A stretch of DNA of 64,000 nucleotides from Minisyncoccota bacterium (GTDB lineage Bacteria; Patescibacteriota; Minisyncoccia; Phycocordibacterales; UBA2100): contig DATDXU010000005.1 of NCBI GenBank assembly GCA_036517195.1, positions 4,975 to 68,974 of the forward strand. The letters run 5' to 3'. Made by a program: the position numbers and the translations under genes. Below are positions 38,645 to 47,421 of this stretch, one piece after another. Below the pieces are notes generated by a model. That model had not been told where the DNA came from, did not search any database, and saw only the letters and a program-made list of their open reading frames with translations. Numbering within the stretch: the first letter of the stretch is position 1; each line of letters begins with the position of its first letter.

Positions 38645-38803
38645 CGAAATGAGCGAAGCGAAAAAGCTTCGCTTTTTCGCTTCCGAATGAGCAAGTCTGA
38701 ACGAACGAAGTGAGTATAGGCGCAGTGCAGCGAGCAAAGCAAACAAGCTTTGCTCGTTTGCTTTTGAGCAAACAAACCTATGTGGTACTCCACATAGGCG
38801 CAG
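38645..38803 (+). repeat. two ~80-bp tandem units each ending in a copy of the rnpB 3' end
   Basis: AGGCGCAG recurs at 38718-38725 and 38796-38803; each unit carries a related AAGC...GCTT hairpin. Confidence 0.7.
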
Positions 38804-38874
38804 TTGCTGGAGCGACCTGAAAAAGCTGGCGGTTTCGTTTGAAAATACACACCTGTGGTATACTTTTAAAGCAT

Positions 38875-41142
38875 ATGCAAAACTTGCACGCACTATGTTT
38901 CAAGGTTGGGAGGTGGGTATCGGTCATACTTCTTGCACTACTTCCAGTTGCAGTTATTCCTGTTGACTGGATAACCGTCACACAATCAAAGGGACTTCTG
39001 ATTGGTATCTCATTTGTTGTTTTGGTTATTGTGTGGGTGCTCGCTTCTGTCGCAGAGGGGTTTATTCGCATTCCCAAACACGCGCTACCGATTGCCGTTG
39101 CGCTTTTACCTATTGCATACGCAACATCAGCTTTTGTTTCTGGCGCTTCGTGGAATTCTTACGTCGGTAACGGCGCGAGCGTGGATACGGTTTCTTCCGT
39201 TGCTATTTTTTATGGAATATTTCTTATTGTTGCTTCTTTGTATAGTACACATTCCGTAGTTTCATTGCTTCGCGCGTTTCTTGTCGGCGGGAGTATATTG
39301 CTGTTCTTACAGGGCGCGCGACTGTTTGTATCTTCCGGATGGTTTGATTTTAATGGCGCACTGACGGGTGTTGCTACGAGTAGCGCTGGGAGTTGGCATG
39401 ATCTTGGCATAACACTGGCACTCCTCATGTTTCTTTCAATGCTTATCGCCCGGACTATAACGAAAGGACGTTCTATGTCCGTCATTTTATACGGATTGGC
39501 GTTTCTTGCAGGGGTATTGCTTATTGTCGTTAACTTGTCGGATGTGTGGTTTGGGGTAGCGGGATTATTTGCAGCGTATGCGGTGTATCTCGCGGTTTCC
39601 TATTGGAAGCAAGAGTCGTGGCGAGCTCTATGTCTTCGGACGTATGTGTATTTATGCATCGCACTCGTTGCGATTGGATTTGGTTATGCGGGGGGCTCGG
39701 TTCAAACATGGCTTCCGGAATCAGCGCGCGTTGTTCATGTCGAAGTGCGCCCGTCGTGGCAAGGGACATTCGCCGTCGGCGAGAAAGCATTGTCCGGGAA
39801 GGGATTATGGTTTGGTACTGGGCCGAACACATTTGTGCGCGAGTGGAGTTTATATAAACCAAAAGAAGTCAATATAACTAATTTTTGGGGTACTGATTTT
39901 TACGCGGGCATTGGCACCGTTCCCACATCCGTAGTAACCGTGGGATTGTTCGGCGCCCTTGCGTGGATTGTAATTATTTTTGCTCTGTGTGCTATTGCAT
40001 ATAGAGGTCGTTCTATACGAGAGGATCCGTTACTGGCGATTCTTTTCATTGGCACCCTGTTTCTTACCGTGTTTCAGATTTTGTATACGCCCGGCGTTGC
40101 GCTTTCACTGTTCACATTTTTACTGTATGCAATTCTTTTAGCGCATCACTCCCGTGACAGCTCTCCATGGCACCTCTCAATTGACGTGGTGTCTATTCGC
40201 GGTGGCATAACTCTAGCGGTGCTGTGCGTCGTTTCACTATCCGTTTTGTTTTTAAGCATCCAATCACTTCGCTTTCTTGTTTCCGACATACTTTTAAGCC
40301 GAGGTGAGCGCGCGCTCGCAAAAACCGGAGATACCGCTGTTGCCGCGTCGTACGTGCAGTGGGCAAGTGTACTATTTCCAAACAACGATAGGGCTCACCG
40401 TGCGGCCGTGGAGCTTGGTTTTATAGAATTACGCGCCTTGGCATCTCGCGGAGCAGAGACGGAAGAAAAGCAACAGCAATTACAGAATGTTCTTTCTCAA
40501 ACAATCGGGCGCGGTCTCTCTGCCGTGTCTGCGGAGAATAATAATTACCAGAATTGGCTTTTACTCGCTCGATTGTATGGGGAACTAGCTGGTTCAAAAA
40601 TTGAGGGAGCAGAAACACAGGCAAGGGAGGCGTACGCGCGTGCGCGTGCCGTGAACCCCACGAGTCCGCTCCCCATTGTCGGTCTGGCGCAACTGGAGAT
40701 TGTTCTTGGGAATATGGACGCTGCTCGAAAACTTCTCTTTGAGGCACTGTTGCTTAAGCCCAACCTCTCTGTGGCGTACTTTTTACTTTCGCGCATTGAT
40801 GCCGGAGAGGGAAATTTTGATACAGCACGTGAATCGGCTCTGGCCGTGGTTGAACTTACACCAGAAGACGCTCTCTCGTGGTATAACCTCGGGGCTGTTT
40901 TGTATGGAAACAAAGAGTGGGGGGGCGCGATTGAGGCACTCACACGAGCTCTCGCGCTACAGACCAATTATGCAGATGCCCTCTTTGTACTTGGGCTTTC
41001 CTACTTTGAGGCGGGGGAGAAGGAGAAGGCAATAACTGCTTTCACAGCACTTTCTTCGCTCGATCCGACACAAGAGGTTTCCTCGCAGGCGCTCAAGAAT
41101 ATACGGGACGGTTTCGACCCACTTCGGAAGCGCACGCGATAG
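38875..41142 (+). CDS. polytopic membrane protein (O-antigen ligase-like) with C-terminal TPRs
   Basis: about 12 TMs; E.RPSW...FGTGPNTF...W loop; TPR motifs WYNLG, YADALF.LG. Confidence 0.8.
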   Translation: MQNLHALCFKVGRWVSVILLALLPVAVIPVDWITVTQSKGLLIGISFVVLVIVWVLASVAEGFIRIPKHALPIAVALLPIAYATSAFVSGASWNSYVGNGASVDTVSSVAIFYGIFLIVASLYSTHSVVSLLRAFLVGGSILLFLQGARLFVSSGWFDFNGALTGVATSSAGSWHDLGITLALLMFLSMLIARTITKGRSMSVILYGLAFLAGVLLIVVNLSDVWFGVAGLFAAYAVYLAVSYWKQESWRALCLRTYVYLCIALVAIGFGYAGGSVQTWLPESARVVHVEVRPSWQGTFAVGEKALSGKGLWFGTGPNTFVREWSLYKPKEVNITNFWGTDFYAGIGTVPTSVVTVGLFGALAWIVIIFALCAIAYRGRSIREDPLLAILFIGTLFLTVFQILYTPGVALSLFTFLLYAILLAHHSRDSSPWHLSIDVVSIRGGITLAVLCVVSLSVLFLSIQSLRFLVSDILLSRGERALAKTGDTAVAASYVQWASVLFPNNDRAHRAAVELGFIELRALASRGAETEEKQQQLQNVLSQTIGRGLSAVSAENNNYQNWLLLARLYGELAGSKIEGAETQAREAYARARAVNPTSPLPIVGLAQLEIVLGNMDAARKLLFEALLLKPNLSVAYFLLSRIDAGEGNFDTARESALAVVELTPEDALSWYNLGAVLYGNKEWGGAIEALTRALALQTNYADALFVLGLSYFEAGEKEKAITAFTALSSLDPTQEVSSQALKNIRDGFDPLRKRTR

Positions 41143-41149
41143 ATATCAT

Positions 41150-42826
41150 ATGATGCGTGCTTTGCGGATCTTCTCATCCGAAGTGCAAAATGTGCACAGG
41201 GCGGCATACATTCTTGCTCTTGCCGCGATCGTTTCTTCTCTCTTGGCGCTTTTGCGAGATCGTTTGTTTGCGCATACATTTGGAGCCGGAATTGAGCTTG
41301 ATATGTACTACGCCGCCTTTCGTATTCCAGATATTATTTTTGTTGCCACAACGGCGCTTGTTTCTGTGTATGTGATACTTCCGGAATTGACGCGGCGAGA
41401 AGAGCAGGCTCAACGCGCATACATTGATACCGTGTTTGTCGGTTTTTCCGTGCTGGCCGTGTGTGTTTCGATAGGCGCGGCATTTTTATCTCCATACGTA
41501 CTGACGGCGCTATTTCCACACTTTGTTCAGGGTGGATACATGGAAGAGACGATTCTGCTTACGCGGATTATTTTGTTACAACCGATTCTCCTCGGATTTT
41601 CAAACATTTTTGCCGCGGTCATTCAGCTTAAGCGGCGTTTCGCGCTCTACGCACTTTCTCCAATTGTATATAACGTCGGTATTATTGTTGGCGTTTTGGT
41701 TTTGTACCCACTATTCGGACTGTCGGGGCTTGCGTGGGGAGTAGTTCTTGGTGCATTCCTTCACGCCCTGATTCTTATGCCATCTGTATTTCAAGATGGA
41801 TTTTTCTCTTCGTACTCGTTTGTAAAGTGGCGAGAATTGTTTGAAACGGCACGCGCATCTCTTCCTCGCTCTCTTGCCCTCGCAATGAATCAATTTACCT
41901 TTTTGGGTCTTACGGTCATAGCCGGCACTCTCTCTGTCGGTTCGATTGCCTCTTTCATGTTTGCATACAATTTGTACAGTGTTCCGCTTGCAATAATCGG
42001 CGCGTCATATTCTGTTGCCACGTTTCCAACGCTTGCGTTAGCATTTTCACGCGGAGCACATGATGAATTTGTGCTTCAGATTGCAACTGCCATACGGCAT
42101 GTCTTGTTTTGGTCGCTTCCTGCCGTTGCGCTCCTTATCGTACTTCGTGCACACATTGTGCGCGCGGTTTTAGGAAGTGGCGCGTTTGATTGGACCGACA
42201 CGCGTATAACATCGGCTGTGCTCGCTCTTCTTTCTGTATCAGTAGCCGCACAGGGGATAATGCTTTTACTGGTACGCGGGTACTACGCGGCGGGGCGTAG
42301 CGTTGTGCCGCTTGTGTGCTATAGCGTGATGGCGGTTTCAACCATACTCGTATCGTACGTATTTGTATACGCGCTCGAAACTCCTCTCGTGCTTCGAATT
42401 GTAGAACACACGTTGCGTGTGTCAGACATCCCCGGGAGCTCTGTTGTAGCGCTTGCTTTCGCGTACTCACTCGTGTCTGTGTTCGGAGCGTTATTGTTAT
42501 CGATTGATTTTGACCACCGATTTTCAAGTTTGTTTTTCCATGTACGGAGAACGTTGTCTGAAGCTGCGTGCGCGGCTCTTGTCGCGGGGGCTGTAAGTTA
42601 TGGAATTCTTACGACTCTAGGGACACTCACGCAGGCAACGACATTTCTTGTGGTGTTAACACACGGGTTTACGGCAGGAATGGGGGGGATTGTGGGTGCC
42701 GGATGCGTCTATTATCTTCTTAGCACGAGAGAGTTTGCAGAAGTGGTGACAACATTTTTTGAACGTTTTACTGATCGAGGTTCTTCCCAGTCACAGGCGC
42801 GTGTTGTCGCTTCGGCGGAAGAGTGA
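41150..42826 (+). CDS. murJ: lipid II flippase MurJ (MviN)
   Basis: LRDRL.A..FGAG..LD.YYAAFRIPD, P..YN.GII, A.FP.L. Confidence 0.9.
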   Translation: MMRALRIFSSEVQNVHRAAYILALAAIVSSLLALLRDRLFAHTFGAGIELDMYYAAFRIPDIIFVATTALVSVYVILPELTRREEQAQRAYIDTVFVGFSVLAVCVSIGAAFLSPYVLTALFPHFVQGGYMEETILLTRIILLQPILLGFSNIFAAVIQLKRRFALYALSPIVYNVGIIVGVLVLYPLFGLSGLAWGVVLGAFLHALILMPSVFQDGFFSSYSFVKWRELFETARASLPRSLALAMNQFTFLGLTVIAGTLSVGSIASFMFAYNLYSVPLAIIGASYSVATFPTLALAFSRGAHDEFVLQIATAIRHVLFWSLPAVALLIVLRAHIVRAVLGSGAFDWTDTRITSAVLALLSVSVAAQGIMLLLVRGYYAAGRSVVPLVCYSVMAVSTILVSYVFVYALETPLVLRIVEHTLRVSDIPGSSVVALAFAYSLVSVFGALLLSIDFDHRFSSLFFHVRRTLSEAACAALVAGAVSYGILTTLGTLTQATTFLVVLTHGFTAGMGGIVGAGCVYYLLSTREFAEVVTTFFERFTDRGSSQSQARVVASAEE

Positions 42827-42930
42827 TACACATTCTCGATGGGTACCATACGCACCTTCAGCACCTCAGTACCACAACGCTTCGCATTGGCTACGGGGCA
42901 GGTCATCGCACATGTGGGTAGAAATACTAT

Positions 42931-44712
42931 ATGAACATTCGTAACTTCAGTATCATTGCCCACGTAGATCATGGCAAATCGACGCTTGCTGACCGCATGT
43001 TGGAACTTACGGGGACCATTCCACCGCGTCGCATGCAAAGCCAGGTGCTTGACCATATGGAGCTTGAGCGTGAACGGGGCATTACCATCAAAATGACTCC
43101 AGTGCGTATGCGGTGGAATGTTCGGGGCGAGGCGTATACGTTGAATCTCATTGACACCCCGGGACATGTTGATTTTGCATATGAAGTGTCTCGCGCGCTC
43201 TCTGCTGTTGAGGGCGTTATTTTACTTGTGGACGCAACGCAGGGGGTTGAAGCGCAAACACTGTCTGTTCTTTCTGTCGCGCGAGATTTGAAGCGCGTCA
43301 TCATTCCCATTGTTTCAAAAATTGATGCTCCACATGCGCGCGTATCTGAAGTATCCGGCGAGCTCGCGGCTCTTCTTGGGTGCGACGAGAAAGATGTTCT
43401 TGCTGTTTCAGGCAAAACGGGTGAGGGGGTTTCCGCGCTATTAGATGCCATCGTCGCTCGAATTCCTCCGCCTACACCTCACGGGAAGGGTGTACAGGCG
43501 CTCATCTTTGATTTCGGGTATTCGGACCATCGGGGTGTCATCATATATATGCGTGTATTTAGTGGTTCGATTAAAAAAGGAGACATGCTGCGGTTTATCG
43601 CAGCTGATACGACATTTGTAGCGTCTGAGGTTGGTATTCTCGTTCCCGACGAGCAGGCGTGTATTGAACTTTTTGCGGGAGAGATTGGGTATGTTGTGAC
43701 AGGTGTCAAAAAGCCAGGCATTGCATCTGTTGGAGACACAGTTACCTCTGTGCGGAGTCCGGGAGAAGCGCTCTCCGGATACTTATTCCCATCTCCCGTC
43801 ATTTGGGCAAGTGTGTATCCAGAAAGTCAGGACGATTTACCTCTCTTAAGGCAATCATTAGAGCGTTTGCGTCTCACCGATTCATCACTTTCGTATGAAG
43901 AAGAGTCGTCGGGAGTTATGGGAAAGGGATTCCGGTGCGGATTTCTTGGGATGTTGCATCTCGAAATTATCATTGAGCGTCTACGGCGTGAATGTAATCT
44001 CGCGCTCGTTGTCACGCAACCGACCACGGTGTACGAAATAACCTATGGAGATGGCACGGTTGAAGAAATTTATACGCCGTCGCGCCTGCCGGATGACGGC
44101 TCGGTTTCCAACATACGCGAACTGTGGGCACATGTTTCGATTATCACACCGCCCGCGTATGTCGGTGGCATTTCACAATTGTTGTATGACCATGAAGCAG
44201 TGGTGGGGGACACGGAATCATTTTCGGACGGCAGATTGAATATACACGCCGAGATGCCCTTGAGAGAGCTTATGCGCGGGTTTTTTGACCGCCTGAAGAG
44301 TGTGTCATCTGGATTTGCGTCTCTATCATATGTTCTCTCCGGCATGAAGGATGCGGACGTTGTTCGTATGGATGTTCTGGTCGCAGAAGAAACTGTGCCT
44401 GCGTTTACGCGAATTGTGTCGCGCAGGCGCATACAACACGAAGCAGAATCAATGGTTGAAAAGCTTGAAAAACTCTTGCCACGCCAGATGTTCGAACTGA
44501 AGATACAGGCGAAGGCGCTCGGGCGTATTCTTGCATCGCGTCGCGTGTCTGCCATGCGGAAGGATGTGACGGGGTATCTCTACGGGGGAGATATTACGCG
44601 CAAAATGAAACTATTGGAAAAGCAAAAGCGCGGCAAGAAAAAGATGTTAGCTCGTGGCAAGGTAGATATACCTCACGAGGTGTTTCTGAAAGTGGTGCGC
44701 GGAGGGGATTAG
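42931..44712 (+). CDS. lepA: elongation factor 4
   Basis: IRNFSIIAHVDHGKSTLADR, GFRCGFLGMLH, RKDVT..LYGGDITRK.KLLEKQK. Confidence 0.97.
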   Translation: MNIRNFSIIAHVDHGKSTLADRMLELTGTIPPRRMQSQVLDHMELERERGITIKMTPVRMRWNVRGEAYTLNLIDTPGHVDFAYEVSRALSAVEGVILLVDATQGVEAQTLSVLSVARDLKRVIIPIVSKIDAPHARVSEVSGELAALLGCDEKDVLAVSGKTGEGVSALLDAIVARIPPPTPHGKGVQALIFDFGYSDHRGVIIYMRVFSGSIKKGDMLRFIAADTTFVASEVGILVPDEQACIELFAGEIGYVVTGVKKPGIASVGDTVTSVRSPGEALSGYLFPSPVIWASVYPESQDDLPLLRQSLERLRLTDSSLSYEEESSGVMGKGFRCGFLGMLHLEIIIERLRRECNLALVVTQPTTVYEITYGDGTVEEIYTPSRLPDDGSVSNIRELWAHVSIITPPAYVGGISQLLYDHEAVVGDTESFSDGRLNIHAEMPLRELMRGFFDRLKSVSSGFASLSYVLSGMKDADVVRMDVLVAEETVPAFTRIVSRRRIQHEAESMVEKLEKLLPRQMFELKIQAKALGRILASRRVSAMRKDVTGYLYGGDITRKMKLLEKQKRGKKKMLARGKVDIPHEVFLKVVRGGD

Positions 44713-44721
44713 GGCGACTCT

Positions 44722-44835
44722 CTAAATCAACCCGGGCGCGAAGAAGAGCACCATGCTGATGCTGATGAGAATTGCGAGTACCCCCCACACAATTTTCATT
44801 ATTTTTTTTGTTCGTTTTTCAAATAAGAAGCTCAT
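44722..44835 (-). CDS. 37-aa single-TM protein MSFLFEKRTKKIMKIVWGVLAILISISMVLFFAPGLI (not in ORF track)
   Basis: basic N-terminus plus TM; ATG abuts the element end; stop converges on lepA. Confidence 0.6.
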   Translation of the reverse strand: MSFLFEKRTKKIMKIVWGVLAILISISMVLFFAPGLI

Positions 44836-44950
44836 CCCGTTTTAAGTAGGACGCGGAAACACACATCACTCCACATCCTCTCGGTTAGTGTTTGTAATTA
44901 TCGACTTGTTTCACATGTATCTGACGCATGCGTCCGCGACTTCTAACGGG
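44836..44950 (-). mobile_element. MITE-like element homologous to 32983-33100; ATGAGT/ATGAGC duplication
   Basis: identical 26-nt start CCCGTTAGAAGTCGCGGACGCATGCG and TTCCGCGTCCTACTT..AACGGG end. Confidence 0.8.
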
Positions 44951-44974
44951 ACTCATACTATCGATGAGGTACAC

Positions 44975-45184
44975 CCCGCAGTAGATGGTGGCGAATGAAT
45001 ACACTCGCGCTTGTGATGCCACACCAACCGCAGTGTACAGGAACAGTATAAGATAGTAATAATTAAATTTCCACTTCTCGCGTGTTCACATTTTGAACAA
45101 TTTCTGTACAAGAAAATCACAAACTGCTCTTGTACAATGATACACCGCCCGTGGTGAGAAGTATCGCCACCATTCACTGACGGG
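44975..45184. mobile_element. 210-bp inverted-repeat element with GTACAC/GTACAA flanks
   Basis: CCCGCAGTAGATGGTGGCGA / TCGCCACCATTCACTGACGGG imperfect terminal inverted repeats. Confidence 0.6.
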
Positions 45185-45199
45185 GTACAATTATACTGT

Positions 45200-45574
45200 A
45201 TGACATCGTTTCATGAAAGGAACAATCCCTTATATTTACTTGGGAAACGTCTCCTCCTTCTGTGCATTTTTGGAGCCATACTGCTCATGATTCCGGGAGT
45301 TTGGAAGGTGTATATGCAAGAGAGGGAATCGCGTACCCTTCGGAATGAGGCAGTGGGCGCGCTGTCTGATTTGGAGGCGCGTGAGAAACGTGTGCGGGAA
45401 CAGATTGACACCCTCAATACATCTCGCGGCCTTGAAACAGCGCTTCGTGAGCAGTTTTCGCTCGCCAAAGAGGGCGAGAATTTGATTATTGTTGTCGGCC
45501 GTCCGTCTTCTGAAATACTGTCAGAAAAAACAAAAGGACTGTTGGGGTGGTTTGGAAATTTGGTGGGGTGGTGA
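45200..45574 (+). CDS. septum formation initiator family (FtsB/DivIC-like)
   Basis: TM, coiled coil, G.E..LRE.F.L.KEGE..I.V. Confidence 0.8.
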   Translation: MTSFHERNNPLYLLGKRLLLLCIFGAILLMIPGVWKVYMQERESRTLRNEAVGALSDLEAREKRVREQIDTLNTSRGLETALREQFSLAKEGENLIIVVGRPSSEILSEKTKGLLGWFGNLVGW

Positions 45575-45646
45575 TGATGCTATGAAATGTTGAAAAAAGA
45601 AAAGCGGCCACTGCGGGTGGCCGCTCGAAACGTGTGCGGAAAATAT

Positions 45647-46246
45647 CTACTTGAGTGCGATTTCTCCTTTGCGGAGTGCCTCTCCAAGAGCTTTCGCCAT
45701 GCCGTCCCGCACATGGATGGTATCTTGATAGATGATATCGTCCACCTTGAACTCAAGGTGCACGAGCGCTACGATCACGGTGAGTTTTATATCTTTTTCA
45801 CTGAATCTCTGTAAGGCGACCCTGCTGTTGCATGTTACGGGGGTGACAATCTCACAGGGCGAGACCTCAACGCTCACAATAAGCGAGTTGCTGATGAGCT
45901 GCATGAATTTTTCTTGCGGGTCGGTCGCCATGTCGAAGAGCCATTTCTTGAGTATCTCTCGATTTTCTGCAGAGAGATTTTTCCACTGTCTGCCTCCAGC
46001 GGTGGCGCCGAGCGCGGCGATGTGCTCGAGATAGAGATTCTCTTCGATCATTTTCGTCCAATAGGCAACACGCTTGGCTGTTGGTTGGGCATTGTCGAGC
46101 GCACCATTTGCAAGCGCCCTCACGTAGGAAGTCGCCATTTTGTCTTCTGTAGCTTTTGCTCCAATTGGAGTGAAAAACACGATCAAGAATAAGATTCCGG
46201 TCATCGCGTTCAAGAAGCCGGAACCGAGATTCGCGAGAGTGCGCAT
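45647..46246 (-). CDS. secreted protein, weakly MlaC/Ttg2D-like
   Basis: AGGAGA SD; TTGACA-16-TATACT; signal peptide; G..W..LS...R; FKVDD; hairpin at 45603-45626. Confidence 0.55.
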   Translation of the reverse strand: MRTLANLGSGFLNAMTGILFLIVFFTPIGAKATEDKMATSYVRALANGALDNAQPTAKRVAYWTKMIEENLYLEHIAALGATAGGRQWKNLSAENREILKKWLFDMATDPQEKFMQLISNSLIVSVEVSPCEIVTPVTCNSRVALQRFSEKDIKLTVIVALVHLEFKVDDIIYQDTIHVRDGMAKALGEALRKGEIALK

Positions 46247-46341
46247 GCCTTTTTCTCCTACATCCACAGGTTCAGTTCTAATCTTGATGCAGTATAAACC
46301 AAATTTTATTATTGTCAACTTTTGTGCGGGCACGGAGAATC

Positions 46342-46361
46342 CCTGCCTGCCGGCAGGCAGG
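46342..46361. repeat. 20-bp perfect palindrome CCTGCCTGCCGGCAGGCAGG (REP-like)
   Basis: identical copy at 55690-55709. Confidence 0.9.
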
Positions 46362-46376
46362 GAACTCATATTTTGA

Positions 46377-46447
46377 TGCGAGTGGGGGGAATCGAACCCC
46401 CATCTAATGCTTGGGAAGCATTCATTCTGCCACTAAACTACACTCGC
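46377..46447 (-). tRNA. tRNA-Gly(CCC)
   Basis: GCGAGTG/CACTCGC acceptor; AATGC-TTCCCAA-GCATT; GGGGG-TTCGATT-CCCCC. Confidence 0.93.
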
Positions 46448-46589
46448 TTACATTTGGGAAGTTTACCCCGTAGGAAGTGCGAAGCAATTTCCTGCGGGGC
46501 ATTCATTCTGCCACTAAACTATGCCCGCTTTTTGTTCTCGTATTGCAGTATGGTACACTATAGAAAAATTAATTGGTATATACATATAT

Positions 46590-46832
46590 ATGAATCAACA
46601 AAAAGAGGTCATTATATATTCAACTCCCACGTGTCATTTTTGCCACGCGGCGAAGGAATTTTTTAAAGAGAACTCCATTTCTTTTACTGACTACGATGTG
46701 TCAACTGATCTTGAGAAACGAAAAGAAATGATTGAGAAAAGTGGACAGATGGGAGTGCCTGTGATTTATATCGGGGGGGAACTTACCGTTGGTTTTGATG
46801 AGTCGCACATTCGCGGGCTTCTGAATCTTTGA
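46590..46832 (+). CDS. glutaredoxin (NrdH/YruB-like)
   Basis: YSTPTCHFC; SGQMGVPV; VGFD. Confidence 0.92.
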   Translation: MNQQKEVIIYSTPTCHFCHAAKEFFKENSISFTDYDVSTDLEKRKEMIEKSGQMGVPVIYIGGELTVGFDESHIRGLLNL

Positions 46833-46857
46833 CGCTTTTGCTACAGTGAGCTCTGTA

Positions 46858-46929
46858 CCCCTCGTAGCTCAATGGATAGAGCAATCCCGTCCTAAGGGAG
46901 AGATATAGGTTCGATTCCTGTCGAGGGGA
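46858..46929 (+). tRNA. tRNA-Arg(CCT)
   Basis: CCCCTCG/CGAGGGG acceptor; GCTC-AATGGATA-GAGC; CCT anticodon; GGTTCGATTCC. Confidence 0.9.
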
Positions 46930-47084
46930 GCGAAGCGACACGAGAGCGCAACGCCTGAGCGTTGCGCGTGCAGGAATCGAACGCCGGAGCCCTGTCACGC
47001 AAGCTTGCGGGACAGCGAGGCGGTGCCCAACCCGAGTCCCGCTTGAGCGGGACGAGAGGTGAGGGGGATTCCTGTCGAGGGGAG
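46930..47084 (+). repeat. structured tRNA trailer ending in a duplicated tRNA 3' end
   Basis: antisense T-arm CAGGAATCGAAC at 46971; hairpins; GATTCCTGTCGAGGGGAG repeated at 47067-47084. Confidence 0.75.
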
Positions 47085-47165
47085 TGAATTTGAGTTTTAC
47101 ACAGTCACCCATAGACACTGGAATGTCCGTAGTATCATTATGATATTACTAAGTAGCTACATTAT

Positions 47166-47354
47166 ATGGATAAAAAGACGTTCTTTTTGGTTTCTGCGGT
47201 TATTTTTGGGCTCGTAGCGCTTGTGCACCTTGCGCGAGTGTTTTGGGGCTGGGACGCCTCAATCGGAGGTTGGTATGTTCCGACATGGGCTTCATGGCTC
47301 GCGATTCTGGTGGGTGGCTTTATGAGTTGGCACGCATGGCAGTTTAGGGGCTAG
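47166..47354 (+). CDS. small 2-TM membrane protein
   Basis: IFGLVALVHLAR...W...IGGW.VP.W.SW. Confidence 0.75.
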   Translation: MDKKTFFLVSAVIFGLVALVHLARVFWGWDASIGGWYVPTWASWLAILVGGFMSWHAWQFRG

Positions 47355-47421
47355 GTTTTGTTTTGTATGCAGAAAACGGCCGCCCTCATGGTGGCCGTTT
47401 TCAGGTGATAGTATTACCAGT

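Larger units (their letters stand above)
46325..46528 (-). pseudogene. outer, interrupted tRNA-Gly(CCC) surrounding the intact copy
   Basis: 5' GCGGGCATAGTTTAGTGGCAGAATGAATGC (46528-46499), anticodon loop remnant, 3' GAGTTC[palindrome]GATTCTCCGTGCCCGCA. Confidence 0.75.

Noticed and set aside
38252-38893. Several short minus-strand ORFs
   Set aside because: They overlap the RNase P RNA and its repeats.
46247-46369. N-terminal extension MSSLPAGRQG... of ORF 45647-46369
   Set aside because: Read-through of the palindrome and tRNA remnant; the better start is 46246 with SD and promoter.
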